A stretch of 54,834 nt of DNA from Candidatus Kaiserbacteria bacterium (GCA_031418275.1 JANOXF010000065.1:1-54834), one strand, 5' to 3'. Numbered from the stretch's first letter, positions 33,910 through 43,974 are shown. A program made the numbers and translations. The notes: generated from the sequence alone by a model not told the origin.

Positions 33910-34021
33910 GCCACTATTATACGCTCACAAAATAACATTACTTCAGTTTTGCAACATCCATTTTGCGACACACACCATACTCCCTATTTTCTTTTCCCAA
34001 AGTCATGTAATACTTTAACCA

Positions 34022-34615
34022 ATGAATGATGATGACCAGCAATTAGTAGAACGATGCGCGCATGGTGAAAACGATGCGTTTGGTATTTTGTATGATCGAT
34101 ACATTACTAAGATATACCGCTTTATCTACTACAAGACATTTGTTCGTGAAACCGCTGAAGACATTACGAGCGATGTTTTCCACAAAGCGTTTGAGCGTAT
34201 CCATTCCTTTAACAGTCACAAGGGGACGTTTTCGGCATGGATATACCGTATCGCGCGAAATAGTGTCATCGACCACTACCGTACCCAGAAGAAAAATATT
34301 CCCATTGACGACGTATTCGACCTCCACACAGAAAACCGGACCGCGGAGGAACACGACGCTATTACGGCCCTTGCGCGGGTTGAAGAGTACCTGAAGACAC
34401 TCCCGTCCCGTCAGCGCGAGATTATTATCCTCCGCCTCTGGGAAGAGCTCTCGTACAAAGAGATTGCTAAGATTATCGGCGGAACTGAAGATGGTACAAA
34501 AATGGCGTTTTCACGAGCAATCCGTGAGCTCCGTGAACAGTGCGGACCGTTCGCGCTCACCCTGTTGCTTACCCTCACCGCAACGAGCGCGTTACCTTTC
34601 CGTAACCTTTCGTAA
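34022..34615 (+). CDS. ECF-type sigma-70 family factor
   Basis: Region 2 (FSAWIYRIARNSVIDHYR) and region 4 (REIIILRLWEELSYKEIAKIIGGTEDGTKMAFSRAIRELRE). Confidence 0.85.
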   Translation: MNDDDQQLVERCAHGENDAFGILYDRYITKIYRFIYYKTFVRETAEDITSDVFHKAFERIHSFNSHKGTFSAWIYRIARNSVIDHYRTQKKNIPIDDVFDLHTENRTAEEHDAITALARVEEYLKTLPSRQREIIILRLWEELSYKEIAKIIGGTEDGTKMAFSRAIRELREQCGPFALTLLLTLTATSALPFRNLS

Positions 34616-34624
34616 TACATATAT

Positions 34625-35449
34625 ATGAGTACCCGAGACACCACAGACATCATCATGCGCGAACTCATTGCGCTCGACCCTACCTTCGCAGAGAAGGAGG
34701 CTGATGCGCGTGCACTCGTCACCCTCCTCACAGCGGAAAAGCCCAACGTCACTATTGACGAAATCTTCGTGCGCAACCTTCGTGCGCGACTCTTAGTGCC
34801 GCATACGTTTCCCCTTCGTTCGCCGTACCACAAAGTGAACTGGTGGGCAGTGCACCTTGCACCGATCGGTGCACTTGCGATTCTCCTCCTCGTGCTTATG
34901 CCAAATACACTCCATTACTTTGAAAATGAAACCGCAATACCCGTAGAAATATCTCCTACTGAAAGTCTCCGCATGGATGCGAACAATGATACTTCTTCCA
35001 GAGATGCTGCACCGAGCGCAAAGCTCGCGCCACAATCGGGTGGTGCTCAAGGGGACGCCGTCAACTCGTATAGCATCATGCAAGAGAGTACGAATGTCTC
35101 ACTTCCGCCACCCGACAGATTTGAGCTCGCCACACAACAGCCAGGGATAGCAATCAGTATAACGTCGGTAACACTCACGCGACCCGGCTATGTGGTAATT
35201 CATTCGTTCGGTCCGGAAGGCATTGGTCCGGTTGTTGGAGTAAGTCCACTCCAAAATAGTGGGACAACCGTTGGCGTCCCGGTCTATCTCCGCACCGTAA
35301 CGCATCGGGGTGATGAGTACTACGCCGCACTCTACTATGACAATGGGAACGGGGTCTTTAATCTTACGGACGACATTCCGGTCATTAACCCAAACTTGGG
35401 AATACCGATGGGTGCCGAATTCACTATCGGTATACCTCCAACATGGTAG
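34625..35449 (+). CDS. anti-sigma-like single-pass membrane protein
   Basis: It starts 9 nt after the sigma gene. Short cytoplasmic N-terminus, one TM helix (WWAVHLAPIGALAILLLVL), then an ectodomain. Confidence 0.5.
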   Translation: MSTRDTTDIIMRELIALDPTFAEKEADARALVTLLTAEKPNVTIDEIFVRNLRARLLVPHTFPLRSPYHKVNWWAVHLAPIGALAILLLVLMPNTLHYFENETAIPVEISPTESLRMDANNDTSSRDAAPSAKLAPQSGGAQGDAVNSYSIMQESTNVSLPPPDRFELATQQPGIAISITSVTLTRPGYVVIHSFGPEGIGPVVGVSPLQNSGTTVGVPVYLRTVTHRGDEYYAALYYDNGNGVFNLTDDIPVINPNLGIPMGAEFTIGIPPTW

Positions 35450-35533
35450 AGGGCGCAACGTTTGTTACCCAAGTGGTCAAGACTCGTAGTACATTGAGAA
35501 ATAGAAGCATTATGTATCTAATAATCACACACT

Positions 35534-36568
35534 ATGAATTTTAATTTTTTTAAACAATTTAATATCACGACCTCCCAACTCATAAAATTCAGCCTTCTCG
35601 TGCTCGGCGCCATGGTCATACTGGTGATTCTAAACATGGTAACAAACCAAAATGGTGGCATGAATACACTCAATCTGGGCAGTGATTACACTGGAGAAAG
35701 TGTGTCTCCATCCATGGGTATGCCTGCATACAATAGTAATGATGGCTATGGCCAAAAACTTTCTGCACGCAACGTGACGACTACGTCTATGCCACCACAA
35801 TACGACGTGTACTCAACAGGGAATGATGCTGAGGCATTTGAGGTTAAAAACTATAACGTAAGTATTGAAACACGTACCCTTGACGAGGATTGCAATTCTC
35901 TCCGCGCACTCAAGGCACGTACCGATGTCATCTTTGAAAATGTGAGCGAGTACGATCGTGGTTGTAATTTTACCTTTAAGGTAGAGAAAGGGGGTATTGA
36001 AGCAATACTCACCCTCATTAAGAACCTCGATCCAAAAGAACTGGGTGAAAACACGTATACGATTAAACGTGAAGTCGAGGATTATACGAGCGAGATACAG
36101 ATTTACCAGAACAAACTCGCGTCACTTGATGCCACGCTCGAAAATGCGCTCGCGTCGTACGAAAATATTACTGCGCTTGCAACAAGAACAGGAGATGTAG
36201 AAAGTCTTGCAAAAATCATAGACAGTAAGCTCGCGCTCATTGAACGCCTCACCGCGGCACGTATCGACACCCAAAATCAGCTCGATTACATAGCGCGCGC
36301 AAAGGCTGATGCACTCGATCGGCTTGCGTATACGTATTTCACCGTAAATGTGTACGAAAGTACGTACGTGGATGGGGAGGCGCTCAAGGATTCATGGAAG
36401 CGAGCAGTGCAACAATTTGTAAATAACGTAAATACGTTTGCACAGGAGATGAGCATTGGACTGGTAATGCTGCTTCTCCTCATTGCAAAGATTGCTCTGT
36501 ACGGAACACTACTGCTCCTTGGAGTAAAATTTGGATGGAAGTTTGTCCAAAAAGTGTGGCGAAGTTAG
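35534..36568 (+). CDS. DUF4349-like protein (N-terminal anchor, coiled coil, C-terminal TM helices)
   Basis: The architecture and central coiled coil (IQIYQNKLASLDATLENA...) fit DUF4349. Confidence 0.5.
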   Translation: MNFNFFKQFNITTSQLIKFSLLVLGAMVILVILNMVTNQNGGMNTLNLGSDYTGESVSPSMGMPAYNSNDGYGQKLSARNVTTTSMPPQYDVYSTGNDAEAFEVKNYNVSIETRTLDEDCNSLRALKARTDVIFENVSEYDRGCNFTFKVEKGGIEAILTLIKNLDPKELGENTYTIKREVEDYTSEIQIYQNKLASLDATLENALASYENITALATRTGDVESLAKIIDSKLALIERLTAARIDTQNQLDYIARAKADALDRLAYTYFTVNVYESTYVDGEALKDSWKRAVQQFVNNVNTFAQEMSIGLVMLLLLIAKIALYGTLLLLGVKFGWKFVQKVWRS

Positions 36569-36648
36569 ACGAAATATCTACTTGGCGTAAGAATAACAAA
36601 GGTCATGCGTCAGCGTGAATGTAGAGACCCCAAGAAAAATAGAAAACT

Positions 36649-36858
36649 ATGTACGCAAAAGCAAAACAATTTACCCTCACCCGCCCCCGCGTCAAAAAAT
36701 CGCTTGGGGTCTTTCTCGTCATCGTAGGAATTGTTGGACTCATTGTCCCCATAGTTCCCGGAGCACCTATCGTATTCATAGGACTTGAACTTCTCGGTTT
36801 CCGCCTCATCTTCCTCGACAAAATCCTCAAGAGAGTTCCAGCAGTAGCTCAGGAATAG
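36649..36858 (+). CDS. small PGPGW-type membrane protein
   Basis: GVFLVIVGIVGLIVPIVPGAPIVFIGLELLGF. Confidence 0.5.
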   Translation: MYAKAKQFTLTRPRVKKSLGVFLVIVGIVGLIVPIVPGAPIVFIGLELLGFRLIFLDKILKRVPAVAQE

Positions 36859-36867
36859 AATTCAAAC

Positions 36868-36911
36868 AAAAAACAACCGCCGGCCCGATGGGGGGTCGGC
36901 GGTTGTTTTTT
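36868..36911. terminator. bidirectional terminator
   Basis: caaccgccggccc-gatggg-gggtcggcggttg flanked by A and T runs. Confidence 0.8.
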
Positions 36912-37011
36912 ACAACCCCAAAGCTCGCTTCGACATGAAAAAAGACCACAGCGGAATTGCTGGGGTCTTTGTCGAGCCGATACTCCTTTCTTTGGCTCTG
37001 AAGAACGACTG

Positions 37012-37530
37012 TCAACCCTTGCACATGGTGACAACAGAGTCCTTGCAGAGTGGCCCTGCGAGGGTGATTGGTTTTCCGTCCTTCACCGCGATGAGTTCGA
37101 GGGAGTCGAACTCAAGCTTGCCGGCGGTGAGCTTGCTCCGCGCCGAGATGCGGACGGTTATTCCCGCTGGAATCGTCGTCGGGGAAGTGAGGTTGAATGC
37201 CTCGTAACCGTTCGCGTTCGGTGCCGTGGTCTGCAACCCATACCACCAGGCGCTCCCGACGAACGTGTCGATGTCTGTGCCCGTAGACACGGGCGCAGTG
37301 AGCAGTTCCCGGAGGTGAGTGATTTTGCACCCACCGGAGTCTGCCGGGCAAGCGAGGTCGAAACCGGACATCTCACCGTACCCGACCTTCGAGAAGGTCG
37401 CAGGAGAGACGTTGCTGACCGTAGCAGTCAGTACCACCACAACCGGTGCCGGCGGATCATCGCCGCCACCGCAGGCGGAGAGGACAAGAGCGAACAGGAA
37501 TGCAAACAGCCCAGAGTGGACGTTTTTCAT
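37012..37530 (-). CDS. lipoprotein, GC-rich compositional outlier
   Basis: AGGAG RBS. MKNVHSGLFAFLFALVLSAC lipobox. GC3-rich codons. Confidence 0.75.
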   Translation of the reverse strand: MKNVHSGLFAFLFALVLSACGGGDDPPAPVVVVLTATVSNVSPATFSKVGYGEMSGFDLACPADSGGCKITHLRELLTAPVSTGTDIDTFVGSAWWYGLQTTAPNANGYEAFNLTSPTTIPAGITVRISARSKLTAGKLEFDSLELIAVKDGKPITLAGPLCKDSVVTMCKG

Positions 37531-37844
37531 GAAAGATCTCCTATGAAGAGCAGGGGGGGTACGCACCATGCGTACTTTTTTCCTGAATGGATTAAACCAT
37601 AATAATAGCATAAATGCAAGTATTATTGCATCTGACCGGTATTAGGGAGTCCATACAAACCTTCGGTTCGAAAGGCTGGTGTAAGTGAGCTTTCACTCGA
37701 CTCTGTATGGATGCACAAGGCAAGCCTGTCATCCATACAAGTTTTCGTCTCGGAAATCCCAAGTAAGCAAGCTTCCTTGGTCTTCCTCGACTCGACTTGT
37801 AACGTTTTATATACAAATCTCTATTGTTAGGTAGAGTAGTGAAT

Positions 37845-38381
37845 ATGGCGACTGATTCGGAGAACGCACTCGAAAGACTCCTTGCGGAGAGCGCCCGTGG
37901 CGACACGGCATCTTTCAAGGAGCTCTACGAACTTCTCTCGAATCGCGTGTTTTCGTATGTGCGCACGAGAACAGGGGGTCGCGAGGACGCACTCGACATT
38001 ACCCAGCAAACCTTCATTGCGCTCTGGAAAGCACTCCCCGGGTTCACGTACCAATCTGATCCTGCATTTTATGGGTTTCTATTTACTATCGCGAAGCGCC
38101 AACTCATCCGCACGTACCGTGACGCAGAAAATGCTGTGGTCCCACTCGAACGGGAAGAAGATGTTCCCGATAAAAAGGGGGACACGGAACTCGAAGACAT
38201 GCTCCTCCGCGCACTCACTTCTCTCGATGAAGTTTCCCGTGAGATTGTCGTCCTTCACCACTGGTCGCGGCACACGTTCGGAGAGATAGGGGAAATGCTT
38301 AATATGAGCGAGAGTGCCGTGCGCGTACGCCACCACCGCGCGTGCGCAACACTTAGAGGAACGCTCAAAGAACATACCTAA
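37845..38381 (+). CDS. ECF-type sigma-70 family factor
   Basis: DITQQTFIALWKALPGF and REIVVLHHWSRHTFGEIGEMLNMSESAVRVRHHRA. Start taken at ATG 37845; the track start is TTG. Confidence 0.85.
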   Translation: MATDSENALERLLAESARGDTASFKELYELLSNRVFSYVRTRTGGREDALDITQQTFIALWKALPGFTYQSDPAFYGFLFTIAKRQLIRTYRDAENAVVPLEREEDVPDKKGDTELEDMLLRALTSLDEVSREIVVLHHWSRHTFGEIGEMLNMSESAVRVRHHRACATLRGTLKEHT

Positions 38382-38383
38382 AT

Positions 38384-39301
38384 ATGGAAAAAAATATTGA
38401 ACACATTATAAATACAACACGCCCCGAACTCACCGACTATGAGCGTGCATCCGTGTGGACAAAAATTTCTTTGGCACTCACCCCGACTCAGACAGGTTTT
38501 ATGCTCTCTCCATTTTCAAAAATGGTACACGCGCATCGAAGCGTGTTCGCACTCGCTCTCATTGTCGTCCTGCTCGTGAGTGGCGGCGCTACTGTAGTAA
38601 CTGCTGAGGCAGCGCGCCCCGGGGATACACTTTTCCCACTCGACCAAGCGATTGAACAGGTGCGTATTCGCCTCGCCCGAAGCGATGACGACCGTGGACG
38701 GCTTGCGAGTGCATTTGCTGATGAACGCCTCGGTGAGCTTCGTTCGATTGTAGCTGAACGACGCGGTAGCGCATCCTCAAGTGAAGACATGAACGATGAT
38801 GAGCGCGTCGGGATAGCTGTCGGCGCCCTCATGCGTGTTATGGACGAGTCAAACATGAGTGACACTGCGCGCGAAAATGTGTACGGACATTTGTTTACTG
38901 AAATTGATGATCTCTCAATTGATGTGCGCGTTGATGAAAAGACGGGTAAGGAAAATAATGAGCATGAACGGGTAAAAATTCACCGGGACGAGTCAGGAAG
39001 TAAAATTGAAATCCGAAAGGAGGGTGTCCGTACACGTATCCATAAAAAAGATGGCAAAGTACGAATTGATCGTACACAAGATGATGAGTTCATGGACAAT
39101 GAGATTAGTGATGATTCTGGGCAGGAAAATGTTTCTGACACTGACACCGAACACGTTGATACGGATACGCCAGACGATAGCGAGCAGGATGACGGGGAAC
39201 AAGAAATAAAGGATACTGAGCAGCAACCCGAAGTTCATGGCATAAAGTTCGACTCAGGTGACGATAGTCATGAAAAAAAAGTGGAGGGGGACAATGATTA
39301 A
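38384..39301 (+). CDS. anti-sigma-like membrane protein (DUF5667-like) with an acidic C-terminal tail
   Basis: It starts 3 nt after the sigma gene. One TM helix (VFALALIVVLLVSGGATVV) and an Asp/Glu-rich tail. Confidence 0.55.
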   Translation: MEKNIEHIINTTRPELTDYERASVWTKISLALTPTQTGFMLSPFSKMVHAHRSVFALALIVVLLVSGGATVVTAEAARPGDTLFPLDQAIEQVRIRLARSDDDRGRLASAFADERLGELRSIVAERRGSASSSEDMNDDERVGIAVGALMRVMDESNMSDTARENVYGHLFTEIDDLSIDVRVDEKTGKENNEHERVKIHRDESGSKIEIRKEGVRTRIHKKDGKVRIDRTQDDEFMDNEISDDSGQENVSDTDTEHVDTDTPDDSEQDDGEQEIKDTEQQPEVHGIKFDSGDDSHEKKVEGDND

Positions 39302-39360
39302 TCACACTCGCATCAGTTACAGTACTTTTCAATGTTCGCGTCACGGAGCATACTATAGGT

Positions 39361-39918
39361 ATGAAATATCTTAATCACACATTCATAGCAGTACTTATCA
39401 TTTCAATACTTGGTGCGCTCTTTGTGTTTACACAAAATACTCCACCAAAAAATGAGGGAATCGCATGTACCATGGACGCACGCATTTGTTCGGACGGTAG
39501 TGCTGTAGGTCGTACCGGTCCAAACTGTGAGTTTGCACCCTGCCCAACTGTACCAGTCGTGGACGAAACTCAAGCACACATAAACTCAAAGGCAGACCGA
39601 ATCGTGATGAATACGCCAGTGCGAGACAGTGTCATTACTTCACCAGTGACAATTACCGGCAAAGCCCGCGGGACCTGGTATTTCGAAGCGAGCTTCCCTA
39701 TCACCATCGTCGACTGGGACGGACTCATCATTGGGCAGGGGATTGCACAAGCACAGAGTGATTGGATGACCGAGGACTTCGTACCATTCACTGCCACCAT
39801 TAACTTTACGGTCGCCACCGATACTCCCTACCGCCGCGGTGCAATTATCCTAAAGAAGGACAACCCCTCAGATCTCCCCGAACACGATGACGCCCTCGAG
39901 ATCCCGGTGAAGTTTTAA
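39361..39918 (+). CDS. Gmad2 immunoglobulin-like domain protein, membrane anchored
   Basis: VTITGKARGTWYFEASFPITIVDWDGLIIGQGIAQAQSDWMTEDFVPFTATINF. Confidence 0.6.
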   Translation: MKYLNHTFIAVLIISILGALFVFTQNTPPKNEGIACTMDARICSDGSAVGRTGPNCEFAPCPTVPVVDETQAHINSKADRIVMNTPVRDSVITSPVTITGKARGTWYFEASFPITIVDWDGLIIGQGIAQAQSDWMTEDFVPFTATINFTVATDTPYRRGAIILKKDNPSDLPEHDDALEIPVKF

Positions 39919-39956
39919 TCATTTGCACTTTTTATAAAAGAAATCATAATCGTTCA

Positions 39957-41201
39957 ATGAAAACAAATACATTCGTCGTGGTACTCCTCGTGAGCATACT
40001 TTTTGCATCAACTCCAACGTCTACTTTTGCTCGAGAAAATACGACGGCGCTCGAAGCGCAGGTGCGTGCGCTCAACACATACCTTGTGCGCGAACGTGAA
40101 AAAAATTCAGGTGTTCCACTTACACCGACTGAACTCCGTACATCAATCGTGGGTGGTGTTGAGTGGCTCAAGCATGCGCAAGAACCAAATGGACATTTCA
40201 AGTACGAGTACATTCCGTACGAAAATAAGTATCGCGCCGATGATAACATCGTGCGCCAGACCGGTGCACTCTACGTGCTCGGAGAAATTCTGAGGCGTAA
40301 CAAGACTGATGTCTACAAAATCTCAGGTACATTTACCCAATCGTTTCTCTATTTTTCATCACTAACGAAGGCTACCGAGGGTGGTGGGCGATGCATTGCA
40401 ACATCACTCACGAGCACCAAGTGTCAGCTCGGTGCGACAAGCCTCGCGCTCATTGGGCTCCTCGACTACCTTACCTACGCACCGTCTAAAACATCACAGT
40501 ACGCGAAGGATATCGACGGGTATGTCACCTTCATTCTCGCGATGCAGAAAGAAAATGGGGGGTTCCGGAATCAGTACCGCGTCAAAGGTACAAGACAGAG
40601 TAGCGCGGAATCACCCTTTTCAAATGGGGAAGCCCTCCTCGCGCTCGTCCGGTACTATGAATTTAATAAACGTGCGGACGTCAAAGGGGCTATCGACAGG
40701 GCGTTTGCATATCTCAAAGAGCAACCGTACGATGCGTCACTCTACTTATGGATTATGGCCGCACTCAAAGATTTGCATCAAATAGACCCAAACCCTCTGT
40801 ATGTGGAATACGTAGATTCTTTTACGAAATGGCGAATAGCGGGTGGCGCTTCGTATCTCACTGGTGCTCGGAATACGTGTCCTTATGCAGAGGGGATTGC
40901 GAGTGCGCTCAGTGTTCTCAAAGGTACTATTCCTGAATCTCGCTACCAAACCTACCGTGCCGTACTCGACAAAGGAAACTGGATAAACCATCGATTCCAA
41001 ATCATTACTACTGATACAACGCGTGTACTCACACCACCATCAGGGATAACCATGGAGTCGCTCGAGCAACCTGAATTGGCACTTGGTGGATTCCTCACGA
41101 GTGATTCCGAACCAACACAGCGTATCGACTTCACTCAACACTGTATCAACACTTACGTGCAAACGGCTGTTGACCTCGACTTAGAGAAACTTATCCAATA
41201 A
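39957..41201 (+). CDS. secreted alpha/alpha-toroid (prenyltransferase/squalene-oxidase-repeat-like) protein
   Basis: Signal peptide. Repeats of the type GGVEWLKHAQEPNGHF... and QKENGGFRNQY.... Confidence 0.4.
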   Translation: MKTNTFVVVLLVSILFASTPTSTFARENTTALEAQVRALNTYLVREREKNSGVPLTPTELRTSIVGGVEWLKHAQEPNGHFKYEYIPYENKYRADDNIVRQTGALYVLGEILRRNKTDVYKISGTFTQSFLYFSSLTKATEGGGRCIATSLTSTKCQLGATSLALIGLLDYLTYAPSKTSQYAKDIDGYVTFILAMQKENGGFRNQYRVKGTRQSSAESPFSNGEALLALVRYYEFNKRADVKGAIDRAFAYLKEQPYDASLYLWIMAALKDLHQIDPNPLYVEYVDSFTKWRIAGGASYLTGARNTCPYAEGIASALSVLKGTIPESRYQTYRAVLDKGNWINHRFQIITTDTTRVLTPPSGITMESLEQPELALGGFLTSDSEPTQRIDFTQHCINTYVQTAVDLDLEKLIQ

Positions 41202-41210
41202 TTTTTTTGT

Positions 41211-41465
41211 ATGCGTTTCACACTCATCGCAGGATCTTTTGGGGCATTGATTCTTTTGCTCGTATTTGGGTTTCTTCTCTTCAAATCACCTAAAGAAAAT
41301 GTTGTAGACATACCGACGAGCGAGCGCGAGGTACCTGCGGAGGCTTCAGTGAGCCAAAATGAGACCACGGTCTCTACAAATCAAGACGTTTCACACGGAG
41401 TCACACCAAATGAGCGGCCCCTCGGAAATGACATCAACATGGAGTTTCCCACACTCGAGGAGTAG
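41211..41465 (+). CDS. small membrane-anchored protein
   Basis: N-terminal TM helix (LIAGSFGALILLLVFGFLLF). Confidence 0.5.
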   Translation: MRFTLIAGSFGALILLLVFGFLLFKSPKENVVDIPTSEREVPAEASVSQNETTVSTNQDVSHGVTPNERPLGNDINMEFPTLEE

Positions 41466-41519
41466 TGCGTTTCGCAGTTTGCAAAAACACCCGTCGCCCA
41501 AATCGACGGATGTTTTCAT

Positions 41520-42467
41520 TCACACCTGTTTCTTGTTATGAAATTTCTTGTGAATATCCCGAAGATGCTTGTCCGTCACATGCGTGTATATTTGGGTCGT
41601 CCCTATGTGTGCGTGTCCGAGGAGTGCCTGTACCGAGCGGAGGTCGGCACCATTGCTGAGGAGATCAGTCGCGAAGCTGTGTCGTATGACGTGCGGGGTC
41701 ACCTTGCGCGTAATGCCGGCTATAGTCGCATACTTTTTGATGATGCGTTGCACGCTCCGTGGGGTAAGGCGTAAGTCCTTATTATCAGTTGTCGTCTGTT
41801 TCGCGTTTTTTCCATACTGTACAAACATCGCGTCATCAAAATCTTTGCGCGCTTTAAGGTACTCTCGAATTGCTTCACGTGCGGTGTCGGAGAGAAACAC
41901 GACGCGTACTTTATCTCCCTTTCCTCGTACCGAGAATTCGTCCCGAGAAAGATCGACGTCCTCTTGTGAGAGTCCGCAAAGTTCTGAAACGCGGAGACCG
42001 GTCGAAAAGAGGAGTTCAAGCATGGCGCGGTCGCGCATGCCGACGAGTGTGTTTCGCTCGGGCGCTTCCATGAGCCGCGTGAGCTCTTCTGACGAAATGA
42101 GGTCGAGCGAACGTTCCGGAACTTTTGCGAGTTCGATACGCTCGGGGTTGAGTGAATCGACTCCGCGTCGACGTAAGTATTTCAAAAATGCACGGAGTGC
42201 GATGAGATAGTAGTTTTGTGTCTTGCGTTTGAGTGTGTCTGTTTGTCGTCCCACCTTCGTCCCAGGTTGACGATTGAGCCAGAGGCGATATTCACGCACC
42301 ATTTCTTCGGTGAGTTTTTTTGGGTCGGTTACTTTACTGTATTCAAGAAAGCGGGTGAGGTAATGATCATAGTTTGTGACCGTATGAATGCTCCGTCCCT
42401 TTTCGATTTCGAGGTACTCGAGAAATTGTCGTTTAAGCTCATGAAGATTCATCATATGCAGATACAT
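41520..42467 (-). CDS. tyrosine recombinase XerC/XerD family
   Basis: LRVSELCGL (Arg), HVIRHSFAT (H-x-x-R), LLGHAHIGTTQIYTHV (His, Tyr). The exact start is uncertain. Confidence 0.9.
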   Translation of the reverse strand: MYLHMMNLHELKRQFLEYLEIEKGRSIHTVTNYDHYLTRFLEYSKVTDPKKLTEEMVREYRLWLNRQPGTKVGRQTDTLKRKTQNYYLIALRAFLKYLRRRGVDSLNPERIELAKVPERSLDLISSEELTRLMEAPERNTLVGMRDRAMLELLFSTGLRVSELCGLSQEDVDLSRDEFSVRGKGDKVRVVFLSDTAREAIREYLKARKDFDDAMFVQYGKNAKQTTTDNKDLRLTPRSVQRIIKKYATIAGITRKVTPHVIRHSFATDLLSNGADLRSVQALLGHAHIGTTQIYTHVTDKHLRDIHKKFHNKKQV

Positions 42468-42539
42468 AACATTGTACTGGAAAAAAAAGAAGCCGCACGG
42501 TTGCCCATGCGGTGTCTCAATATTGTATGTGTTTTTTCA

Positions 42540-42800
42540 TCAGGTCATCTGCTGTTCGGGTACCGCTACGTTCTGCTTCCTTCCGTTTGCACGATACACG
42601 AGTTCCGCAAGACGATCCATGACGAGACCCAGAAATCGATCGGGGCCGAGAAAATCAGAATCTCCTTGTTGTTGCCGTACCTGATCATGACCTGCGCGCA
42701 AACCATCGAGTACATCGAGAAGCTCCTTCGGCTGAAGCCCTGAAAGCTGCTCGCCGATGCTTCGGTACTCTGGTGGTGACAATCCTCTCTTGATATCCAT
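42540..42800 (-). CDS. hypothetical protein
   Basis: GAGGAG lies 6 nt before ATG 42800 (MDIKRGLSPPEYRS...). Confidence 0.5.
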   Translation of the reverse strand: MDIKRGLSPPEYRSIGEQLSGLQPKELLDVLDGLRAGHDQVRQQQGDSDFLGPDRFLGLVMDRLAELVYRANGRKQNVAVPEQQMT

Positions 42801-42894
42801 GCTGTACTCCTCTTCAGACGGACATCCTCCATTGTAGTGGTAGCGCATAGATTGCAAAGGATTAAAGGTGCACAACCCAAGACTACACGAGGGG

Positions 42895-42923
42895 TTGCAA
42901 AAAGTGTCAATGTATGCTATAGT
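42895..42923 (+). promoter_or_regulatory. sigma-70-type promoter of rpsO
   Basis: TTGCAA-17 nt-TATAGT. Confidence 0.6.
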
Positions 42924-42999
42924 ATACATACCTTCGCAGGTTACGTAATAACGTCCGCGAACATGCTATCTACATGTTCGCGAACACATTTTCGAGCAT

Positions 43000-43266
43000 A
43001 TGCTTACAAAACGAAAGAAAGAAAACGCAACGAAAGAATTGAAGCGGCATGATGCTGACACTGGTTCGCCAGAAGTACAGGTTGCCCTCCTTACCAAGCA
43101 GATTGACGAGCTCTCAAAGCATCTCAAGAAGCATAAGAAGGATTTTCACTCACGACGCGGACTTCTCCAAATGGTTGCTGACCGTCGCAAGCACCTCAAG
43201 TATCTTGAGCGCAAAGACGAAAAAGGCTACAAGTCGGTAATTAAGAAACTCGACCTGAAGAAGTAG
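43000..43266 (+). CDS. rpsO: 30S ribosomal protein S15
   Basis: [48 protein letters not shown]. Confidence 0.95.
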   Translation: MLTKRKKENATKELKRHDADTGSPEVQVALLTKQIDELSKHLKKHKKDFHSRRGLLQMVADRRKHLKYLERKDEKGYKSVIKKLDLKK

Positions 43267-43276
43267 CACGCACATT

Positions 43277-43314
43277 CAAAATGCGCCGCGACCCACAAGG
43301 TCGCGGCGCATTTT
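43277..43314 (+). terminator. rho-independent terminator of rpsO
   Basis: aaaatgcgccgcgacc-cacaa-ggtcgcggcgcatttt. Confidence 0.9.
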
Positions 43315-43398
43315 CGAGACATCGGTAATTTGGTATACTCAGAGGAGTACTTTTTCAAAACGTTCCTTATTTTCAAAGTTAATTTTTAATTATTTTTT

Positions 43399-43974
43399 AT
43401 GTCTATTGTTAAACACAAGGACCAACGTGTCGCTATTTTCATCGACACACAAAACCTCTATCACAGTGCTAAAAATATTTATCGTTCAAAGGTGAATTTT
43501 GACGCGGTCGTGAAACGAACACTCGGCGATAGAAAACTTATCCGAGCAATTTCGTACGTAGTCACCACCGAGACTGGTGAGGAGCAATCATTCTTCGAGG
43601 CCCTTGCAAAGATAGGTATCGAAGTAAAAACAAAAGATCTTCAGATTTTCTACGGTGGCGCAAAAAAAGCTGACTGGGATGTCGGTATGGCTGTTGACGC
43701 CATTAAACTCTCACCGAAAGTTGATGTCATTGTCCTCGCTACAGGTGACGGGGACTTCGTTCCGCTCGCTGAGTATGTACGCTCACAGGTGTGCCAGGTA
43801 GAATGCATCGCCTTTGGTAAATCGAGTTCCGCACGACTCCGTGAAACGGTTGATGACTTTATTGATATGGACGAGAGCCCCCGAGAATTTCTCATTGGCC
43901 ACCGCGGTACTGCAACAGGAAAACCGCGAAAGCAAATGAGTCGGAAGGTAGTTGGCACTGATACCGACGATTAG
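43399..43974 (+). CDS. NYN-domain (LabA-like) protein
   Basis: RVAIFIDTQNLYHS...DWDVGMAVDAI...VIVLATGDGDFVPL. Confidence 0.8.
   Translation: MSIVKHKDQRVAIFIDTQNLYHSAKNIYRSKVNFDAVVKRTLGDRKLIRAISYVVTTETGEEQSFFEALAKIGIEVKTKDLQIFYGGAKKADWDVGMAVDAIKLSPKVDVIVLATGDGDFVPLAEYVRSQVCQVECIAFGKSSSARLRETVDDFIDMDESPREFLIGHRGTATGKPRKQMSRKVVGTDTDD

Noticed and set aside
33092-34018. 308-aa plus-strand ORF
   Set aside because: It is antisense to the cohesin/dockerin gene. Its translation is low-complexity and Ser/Val-rich with no motifs, so it is a shadow ORF.
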